DNA of 64,000 nucleotides from Giardia intestinalis (Eukaryota): NCBI GenBank assembly GCA_000002435.2, contig CM018792.1; one strand, 5' to 3'. Shown piece by piece: positions 57,346 to 64,000 of this stretch (position 1 is its first letter; each line of letters starts with the position of its first letter). The notes under the pieces were generated by a model. It saw only the letters and a program-made list of their open reading frames with translations, ran no database searches and was not told where the DNA came from. The position numbers and the translations under genes were made by a program.

Positions 57346-59499
57346 ATGAATCCCGAGATCTTGGAGGTCTTGGGAGGCTCAAAGGGGAAGCGTTCGTCAC
57401 TTCCAGGGCTTCGTCGCGGCAAGGCGGTTGGTGCAGCGACATCCGTTCCCGTGTGGCCCATCGTTTTTGTCTCTCCTCAATTTATTGATCAGGCGCCGTC
57501 CACTATTTGCCGACTCAACTTTTACGCAAAAAAGGACCTACCGCAGCGATATGATCACATTGTCGAACTGAGAGGCGCGCCTATTGCATCTGGAACGTAC
57601 GACGTGCCGGAGACCTCTCCCTATCTTGAAGACTTCTCCAGCGCAACCCGGATAGATGTAGCTGAATATTTATCACTAGGATCTGTATGCCCCTTAGATG
57701 AGGTTACAGTAACTGGTCTTGGCGGTTGCTCAGGGATGCGGAACAGGCTAATTGCGCGTCTCCACCAACTACTAAATGGGGCGATTATCACTCCGCGGAC
57801 AAGGCTTATCATTCGTATTGCTGGACACACCTACCACATTGCGTTTACTTTTCCGCCTGGTGTAGATGTCGAGGACGTCTGCCTCTATGCTATCACCTCA
57901 ACCACAACTCTATTCACAGATGCACTCTCTATACAACGGCACACAATAGGTCCACAGGGGGCTGAGTCAGACGCTGCTACTTCATATTTCCGTACAGCAC
58001 CACCAAAGGTTCACGAGGTGTTTTCTTTGATCAGAGCTCGCCTCAGTAATCCTCGCTCATTAGGAATCGTCAGTGCCTTGCTCTATGGCCTCCCTGGGAA
58101 TGGCAAATCCATGTTTGCAAATGCAGCTGTTTCTCGGCTGAACCATCTAGCCATTCGCACAAACCTCGTTACTCTCGATTTGGCCACGGCCGTTGAGTAC
58201 CTAGATACGCACGTGCTTTCCTCGCAATTAGATCGGCCTTCGTACCCGGCAGTACTTCTATTCATTGATGAAATTGATAGCGAACAAGCAGAGCATGCTT
58301 TTACAAACTTCCACACACGAATAAAGCTTCTTCGGGAAGGTCCTTACCGCATTTTTATCCTCGCTGCAACCAATAGGTTGGCAAGCCTCCCGTTGAGTGT
58401 CGTTACATGTTCATTTTCTCTATCTGTTGAGTTTCGCGCACCTGAGTATGCACAGCGGTTGGAACTTCTCAGAAGCAATTATTTGTCTATTGCAGATATG
58501 CTACACAAGCAATGGGCGTTGGAAACGGTTGAGGATAATGCGGATCCACCTCCTTGCTTAGACACGGGACCTACGTCCATCGAAGTTCTGGCTGAGCGGT
58601 TCGAAGGCCTCTCCTACGCCGACATAGCCTTTATTTTTGTCCAACTGCGTCACCACATTTTATCCGATAAGGCTACCAATCTTAGCGTGAGTGAGATCCA
58701 GGATAAACTAATTCAACTCGCTGGTGCCGCAAGGCCGTCGTCCCTCCTTTCCTTTGACATTGTACAGATTCACGAAGCACAGATTGGTGGGCTTGACGAC
58801 GAACTGGATGCTATCAGAAAGATGATGTCTTCCCCCTTCACAAACTCCTTACTGATCTATGGTGAACCTGGCTGCGGAAAGTCTCAGATCGGTAGATACC
58901 TTTCCTCCGTTCTCCACTATCCGCTGCTCTCGATTGCTAGCACACAGTTAATCGGCAGCTATGTAGGAGAGACAGAGAAGGCAATCGAGCGTGTTTTTCG
59001 AATAGCACGGGCTTCTCAACCCGTGATCATCTTCTGGGATGAGATAGATGCCGTCTTTCCGACGAACTCTTTTTATAAGTACATGGATCGCGCAATCACC
59101 ACCTTCTCCAGTTGCATTGATGATATCGTAGGAACTAAGGTCTTTTTAATTGCGGCTACTAATAAGCCCGCATCTATCCACAGTGACGCTCTTTCTCGAT
59201 TCTCCCACAAGTTCGAGATTACACGGCCAGCTACACGCGATCAGGCGCTTTCAATCTTTACTGCCTGCTTGGGAGGACTGCCACTGACGTCTGAACTGAG
59301 AGAAACCCTACCTCTATATGCGGAAAAGATGATAGGCTTTACAGGAGCCGAGATAGCTGCGGTCGTCAATCTAGCATCCCTTAATGCTATTGCTCGTTGT
59401 GTAGATGCGCAGCAGCGCCACTTTGATGACCCTGCGGAGGCAGAGACACTATCAGCGGCGGACTTCCTGGCAGCGTTAAACATAAAGGCCGTTCACTGA
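57346..59499 (+). CDS. Type-II AAA+ ATPase with two AAA cassettes (the CDC48/Pex1-6/Afg2-like class).
   Basis: D1 has GLPGNGKS (Walker A), LLFIDEID (Walker B) and ILAATN (sensor 1). D2 has GEPGCGKS, SYVGETEKAIERVF, IIFWDEID, LIAATN and SRFSHKFEI (SRH with an Arg finger). The ATG at 57346 lies 9 nt after the previous stop. Confidence 0.8.
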   Translation: MNPEILEVLGGSKGKRSSLPGLRRGKAVGAATSVPVWPIVFVSPQFIDQAPSTICRLNFYAKKDLPQRYDHIVELRGAPIASGTYDVPETSPYLEDFSSATRIDVAEYLSLGSVCPLDEVTVTGLGGCSGMRNRLIARLHQLLNGAIITPRTRLIIRIAGHTYHIAFTFPPGVDVEDVCLYAITSTTTLFTDALSIQRHTIGPQGAESDAATSYFRTAPPKVHEVFSLIRARLSNPRSLGIVSALLYGLPGNGKSMFANAAVSRLNHLAIRTNLVTLDLATAVEYLDTHVLSSQLDRPSYPAVLLFIDEIDSEQAEHAFTNFHTRIKLLREGPYRIFILAATNRLASLPLSVVTCSFSLSVEFRAPEYAQRLELLRSNYLSIADMLHKQWALETVEDNADPPPCLDTGPTSIEVLAERFEGLSYADIAFIFVQLRHHILSDKATNLSVSEIQDKLIQLAGAARPSSLLSFDIVQIHEAQIGGLDDELDAIRKMMSSPFTNSLLIYGEPGCGKSQIGRYLSSVLHYPLLSIASTQLIGSYVGETEKAIERVFRIARASQPVIIFWDEIDAVFPTNSFYKYMDRAITTFSSCIDDIVGTKVFLIAATNKPASIHSDALSRFSHKFEITRPATRDQALSIFTACLGGLPLTSELRETLPLYAEKMIGFTGAEIAAVVNLASLNAIARCVDAQQRHFDDPAEAETLSAADFLAALNIKAVH

Positions 59500-59512
59500 G
59501 GCTCGTTCAGAG

Positions 59513-62500
59513 CTAATCACCAAGATTAAGGAGTATTGCTGTTCCACGCTTGACCCATTTTGCAGGCTTATCATAGCCACTGTGGAGCCAGATATTGATA
59601 ACGAACGATGGCTGCTCACGTGATCCTGTGCGAACAGGATAGTAGTAGCACGGGCATTCATAGAATACCTGCTGGAACTTCGCCGTTTTCTTCTTCGCCT
59701 CTTGGGGCTTGAACCGGATTATTGGGAGCGTTAGATAGAGATCCATCAGGCGAGGCTCTTTTAAGTAGCCTACGTCTAAGTCCCAGTTTGCGCCCTCAAG
59801 ATAGAAGTCATGGGCATAGAACCCATCTCCAAAAGCAGGCACGCTTCTATCGTCGATGTCGCGAAGAGGGTCAAGGTACCTCGTGACTTGGAAGCCCCAT
59901 TCGAGTTGATCGATAGCTATGTTCATTCTACGTGATGCCTGCTGCTGCAACGCGGTTAGGAAGGCGGTGGGCAAACTCAGTCCACCAAGCCAGTAACTCT
60001 TTAGTGAGCCGACGTTCGCCCACTTCTGTAGTTGCTCCACCCGCTTGATGAAATCGCGTGACCATGGCGCTAGAGACTTCGTGCTCTTGTAAATGATCCC
60101 CCAGGATGCAGGAACCTTACCGACTTGCAAGTCGTTGAGCACCTCATCAAGATACGCCGACATCATCGTCAGCCCCCTGATACCTCTTTGGAGAGTCGTG
60201 AGGTCGTCACTGATAATGTTCCTGAGCCGCATGTGGCGTTCAGATTCCTGTAGCAGGACTGCCTTCAGCGGTGCAGTTTGATCATTGATGTCTGTTATTG
60301 GGGGAGGGAGGTTGGTTATTGGGGCCGGCAGACTGTGAATGATGTCCTGGGCTAGCTTGATCATACGCTCGTCTCTCGCTGACAAACCAGTGCTTTCTTT
60401 CTTCTTTTTCTTGGTTCCATCCTCGTCGCCGTCGCCGTCGTCTGCTACCTTTTTGGCCTTCTTCTCTTTCTCCTTCTTCTTATCATCCACTTCGCCAGAA
60501 GAGCTGCCGTCGATGGACTGAATCGTTAGCAAAGTCTCGACAAGGGTTAGAGACTCCACCTTCCGAGAAGCGACCTCTGAGTTACTATGTTGCCCGAAAA
60601 CAGCGGGAAGATCAACCTGGGGTAACGTGGTGATATAGTCTCGATACTCCTGCAGGCTTCCTCGTTGCGGAATGACATACTCTGAAAGCGGGGGCGCGAG
60701 CAGATATCCGTCTCGCTTGATTGCAGTCTGGCAAAACACATGGTCTATGTAGACGTTGAGAACGCGCCTATCGAGATCGTCTATGACTCGCCCTCCATAG
60801 ATAATGGAAGCGACAAGGTACTTCAAGGCGTTCCACGGAATAGTATCATACAGCTGGAGATACATGGACAAAACCTCGACAGCAGTCTCGTAATCGGATT
60901 GCGTGAACTGGTATTGGATGTTATATCCTAAACTGCCAAACTTACGACGTTCGACGAGGAGCGTGTGGTAGAACGAGATGCCGAAAAGCAGCTTCCTATA
61001 GGCGTCATCCTTCTCGTCGGGTGTCATGGAAAACATGTTTTCTTGCTCCTCTTGAGGCACATGGTACGAGTCACGGACTTGTAGTCGTTCGAGAATCGGC
61101 TTATCAATGTACGTATATAGTTGTTGAAGATTGGCACGGACACCAGAGGGCGCCTCTGTCGTGATCTTTATGCTAGTCTGAAGGACACTTATAGGGAATA
61201 CGTTGGTGGGGTCTGATGAAATCCAAAGCCTGAAGTCTTTGTGCGGCGCTGAATGGGGTATATCTTCCACTAGCTGCTCCAGGACGGAGAAGAAACTCGG
61301 AGTTAGGTGCACATTGGCAAGTAACACCCAACGGCCCTCTTTCATGGACCGCTGGACGGCCTTCACTGCAACCTCTTGCTGGCCTTGGCCCAAAGAGATC
61401 TGATCAAGTTTATCTGCGCGGCCGCATGACTTGGCAAACGCCAAGAGCTGAGAGGTGGGATCAGCGCCTTGGGAAAGGATAAATAACAGAGGAATCTGGG
61501 GGGAAGAATCTGTCAATGCCAATCCCAAGTCAAATGGCGGTGGATTAGTGTATTGAGCCCCGATACTGTTTGCAACAAAAGTATAGATCGCGTTGATAAG
61601 GCGATCAGGTCTGAAGCAGCGCAGCACAAGCATCTTCTGGAGCTCGTTTAGCTGAGTGTCCCATTCGCCAACAAGAGGCGCCTTTTCAGGCGTATCGTGG
61701 ACGTAGTAGTTAGTGTACCAGTCTTTCAGGCGCTGCTCAATGCTGGGAAGAAGGTTGCTGAAGGCAGGCATCTTATCAAGAATACAAAGGCTGTCCCACA
61801 TTGCGCCGCTAATCCAAGTGGGATCGGGGTTCGGCGGCTGCTGAGACTTGTCGAACACCTGGCCGCCCTTGAGCAGAAAGGCATACTCACTCATATTTAT
61901 CCTGCCATAACTTTCCAGGATCTTCACGCACATATGCAGAGACAAGAGAATCTTGTGCCGAGTAAACAGACCACGGCAGCAGTACTTATAAACCGCGTAA
62001 GTGTGGTAGTCGTTGAGGAGTCTAATTCGGGCGCTAACGTCCTCATGCTTCTGGCTGTTATTGATGCTGTTAATAAAGAGCTTCATGTATGCCTCCAAGC
62101 TAAATTGGTACATAGGATCTACTGAGCCCAGATCTTCGAGAACAAAGTACAGCAGCGATGCCCTCTCGCTGACAGGCTGATAAGCCCGCCGTGCCATATC
62201 AATCTTTTTCTCAGTGATCGCAGAGGTTTCAAGCTGCTTTGTAATCTCTGCAGACGTGACTTTGGAATTTTCAAGAGTGGCAATAAGCTCCTCGTCGTCG
62301 AGAAGACTGCCAGACGATGTAGCCAGGAGACGCAATATCTCATCTTCCAGAAACTGCAACTTCACCCGCATATTGGCTGTGTTGAGAACGATCTTATTTT
62401 TAGATTCCTCTAAATCTGGGCGTTCCTTTGAAACGACTGCTCCCAGCAGCTGGTCTGTTAGACCCTCCTTGATAATCGTGAAGTTGATGATACAGGCCTT

Positions 62501-64000
62501 TGCAAAGACCTCTGGTGTGTACAGAGGATTGGGGAGGCGTGTCGAAACAAATATCCGGAAGTTATCATTCCACTCTACCTCTTTATCGCGGATCTTTATG
62601 AACCGCCTACCTTGTTTCTTGATAATGTCCTTCCGTATAATGACGTCCAAGGACGGATCAATTTGCTCCCCGACGTCTTCAAGCAACACGGGTGTCCCGT
62701 ACTGTATGCACATTTCAATTTGTTTCACTGCGTCTGCATCCTTTGCATTTATGATCTTGAGGTTCTCATCTGGGTTGCTGGACTGCTTCGGTGGCTTCTT
62801 TGATTGCTGAGTACCTACCTCAAGCTTGAGCGTTCCGCCCTCACTTTCTTCGCTCTGCTGTACATTCCCTACGTCTGTCTTGCTGTACTCAGGAGCCTCA
62901 AAGAAGAGCCTCTTAATCCATCTGGTTGCTTGGCGCTGAGGATCTATGATAAGTGGCGTTCTGTTGCTCGTCGTAATAAGTATCCCGTTCTCTGCGCTGA
63001 AGTTATCCTTTGGAAGGCCAAGCAAGCTCCATTGATAGATGAGGGCCTGCCCGGCTAAGAACTCCGAGACGCTGTACTTTTCAGGGTCTGTGCACGGAAT
63101 CATCCACACATTGACAGCGTTGACCCACTCGGTCAGAACATATGAGCGGAACCGCCCAGTGAGTCCGCCAGCGTAAGATATGAAGGCAGCCGCTGTCAAG
63201 CAGTCTCCGGGCAGCGATGACAGATTGTAGGTTAGTGTCTGGATCTTCTTCGTCCACCGCTCCTTTTCGCCTCCAAGACCACTTATAAGCTTTTCGGCGC
63301 GGTTGAGCTTTAGGGCAAGTTCCTCGGCAAGCCTTCGAAGCCGGTCGCGTTCAGCAACCGCAGAGGCATGCTCACTCTTGAGTTTTTCGACGGCGGCAGC
63401 AATGCGAGCAAGCTCATCTTGCGCTGCCTGAAGTGCACGCTCCTTTTCGGCCAACTTATTCTTGGCGTCCTCCAAGGCGTCTTGTTTTGGTTTAACAACT
63501 TTGTAGACGCATGCGTACTCATAAACAGCACGAACCCATAGACAAAGGGACTTCCCAGCCACAGAAACACGCCCGATTGCGTCGACAGTGTAGTTCTTGT
63601 CCATGTAGTACCGCTTAACCTTCTTGAGCATCGTCTCAGGGATATTGTTAACATCATAGTTAATCAGCTTCTCCAAAAACTGACCTTCTCCCATAACTAT
63701 TTTAGCAGACTTATAGTCTGTATCGCGATTAAGAAGCGTCATAACACCGGCCAGAACCAGTTTAACAAGCTCTGGAGGCTGTGTAAACGAGCGAATTTCG
63801 TAGATATCCTTAGAGTCAAGACTCTCCAAGGCCTTCTGAGCAGCCTCCAGGGCAGGAGTCGCCTCGTCTAGGTCCTTCTGGGCCTCTTTCATCTGTCCCA
63901 TAAGGACCTCCTTTTCTTTCATAAGCTTCTCCGAGTCGATCTGGATTAGCCTCTGTTTCTCATCTATCTCACGCTGCTGAACAGCTATATTCGCAAGCAG
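59513..64000 (-). CDS. Dynein heavy chain, C-terminal part (MTBD/stalk CC2, AAA5, AAA6, C-terminal domain). The 5' end is beyond the window.
   Basis: The MTBD region reads LDSKDIYEIRSFTQPPELVKLVLAGVMTLL. After that comes the stalk coiled-coil (LAEKERALQAAQDELARIAAAVEKLKSEHA..ERDRLRR), and then long dynein AAA5/6-like sequence ending ...WLHSGYDKPAKWVKRGTAILLNLGD. Confidence 0.85.
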   Translation of the reverse strand: MLANIAVQQREIDEKQRLIQIDSEKLMKEKEVLMGQMKEAQKDLDEATPALEAAQKALESLDSKDIYEIRSFTQPPELVKLVLAGVMTLLNRDTDYKSAKIVMGEGQFLEKLINYDVNNIPETMLKKVKRYYMDKNYTVDAIGRVSVAGKSLCLWVRAVYEYACVYKVVKPKQDALEDAKNKLAEKERALQAAQDELARIAAAVEKLKSEHASAVAERDRLRRLAEELALKLNRAEKLISGLGGEKERWTKKIQTLTYNLSSLPGDCLTAAAFISYAGGLTGRFRSYVLTEWVNAVNVWMIPCTDPEKYSVSEFLAGQALIYQWSLLGLPKDNFSAENGILITTSNRTPLIIDPQRQATRWIKRLFFEAPEYSKTDVGNVQQSEESEGGTLKLEVGTQQSKKPPKQSSNPDENLKIINAKDADAVKQIEMCIQYGTPVLLEDVGEQIDPSLDVIIRKDIIKKQGRRFIKIRDKEVEWNDNFRIFVSTRLPNPLYTPEVFAKACIINFTIIKEGLTDQLLGAVVSKERPDLEESKNKIVLNTANMRVKLQFLEDEILRLLATSSGSLLDDEELIATLENSKVTSAEITKQLETSAITEKKIDMARRAYQPVSERASLLYFVLEDLGSVDPMYQFSLEAYMKLFINSINNSQKHEDVSARIRLLNDYHTYAVYKYCCRGLFTRHKILLSLHMCVKILESYGRINMSEYAFLLKGGQVFDKSQQPPNPDPTWISGAMWDSLCILDKMPAFSNLLPSIEQRLKDWYTNYYVHDTPEKAPLVGEWDTQLNELQKMLVLRCFRPDRLINAIYTFVANSIGAQYTNPPPFDLGLALTDSSPQIPLLFILSQGADPTSQLLAFAKSCGRADKLDQISLGQGQQEVAVKAVQRSMKEGRWVLLANVHLTPSFFSVLEQLVEDIPHSAPHKDFRLWISSDPTNVFPISVLQTSIKITTEAPSGVRANLQQLYTYIDKPILERLQVRDSYHVPQEEQENMFSMTPDEKDDAYRKLLFGISFYHTLLVERRKFGSLGYNIQYQFTQSDYETAVEVLSMYLQLYDTIPWNALKYLVASIIYGGRVIDDLDRRVLNVYIDHVFCQTAIKRDGYLLAPPLSEYVIPQRGSLQEYRDYITTLPQVDLPAVFGQHSNSEVASRKVESLTLVETLLTIQSIDGSSSGEVDDKKKEKEKKAKKVADDGDGDEDGTKKKKKESTGLSARDERMIKLAQDIIHSLPAPITNLPPPITDINDQTAPLKAVLLQESERHMRLRNIISDDLTTLQRGIRGLTMMSAYLDEVLNDLQVGKVPASWGIIYKSTKSLAPWSRDFIKRVEQLQKWANVGSLKSYWLGGLSLPTAFLTALQQQASRRMNIAIDQLEWGFQVTRYLDPLRDIDDRSVPAFGDGFYAHDFYLEGANWDLDVGYLKEPRLMDLYLTLPIIRFKPQEAKKKTAKFQQVFYECPCYYYPVRTGSREQPSFVINIWLHSGYDKPAKWVKRGTAILLNLGD

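Noticed and set aside
1-64000. Prokaryotic operon or defence-system interpretation of the clustered genes
   Set aside because: There are no Shine-Dalgarno contexts, and the proteins are eukaryotic housekeeping and cytoskeletal types (eIF1A, Naa10, IFT, dynein, ankyrin, FKBP-TPR). The promoter and polyA architecture is Giardia-like. No restriction, CRISPR, toxin-antitoxin or phage-type gene content is present.

Overview
This 64-kb window is intron-free, gene-dense eukaryotic DNA that best fits a diplomonad of the Giardia intestinalis type. Several observations point that way. Two head-to-head cysteine-rich VSP/HCMP-family surface-protein genes are present, and one has a transmembrane anchor reading ...[16 protein letters not shown]. 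There is a NEK-like pseudokinase fused to ankyrin repeats and a protein-21.1-type ankyrin protein. GC content is about 50%. Divergent genes are separated by 16-105-bp AT-rich bidirectional promoters. AGTRAAY polyadenylation signals abut or overlap stop codons, and several convergent genes overlap at their 3' ends. I call about 33 protein-coding genes. The recognisable ones are an FKBP-TPR prolyl isomerase, an IFT140-like IFT-A subunit, a full ABCA-type ABC transporter, cytochrome b5, a bacterial-type SurE nucleotidase, a class-3 (DAGL-like) lipase, a DEDDh exoribonuclease, a DHHC (DHYC) palmitoyltransferase, eIF1A, the NatA catalytic subunit Naa10, a PGM2-family phosphomutase, tRNA-dihydrouridine synthase, a SAPS-like PP6 regulatory subunit, a CHY zinc-finger protein, a type-II AAA+ ATPase and the 3' part of a dynein heavy chain. 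A 1675-aa coiled-coil protein and several alpha-solenoid hypotheticals are also present. The ORF track starts several ORFs at TTG/GTG, so I reset those starts to the first in-frame ATG that is preceded by an AT-rich initiator. I found no rRNA, tRNA, CRISPR array or transposon, and no prokaryote-style defence operon. The most interesting items are the apparent 1-nt frameshift separating the HCMP ectodomain from its membrane anchor, the long ORF-free stretches beside surface-antigen genes (possible ncRNA or regulatory DNA), the SurE gene as a possible lateral transfer, and the extreme promoter and terminator compaction.
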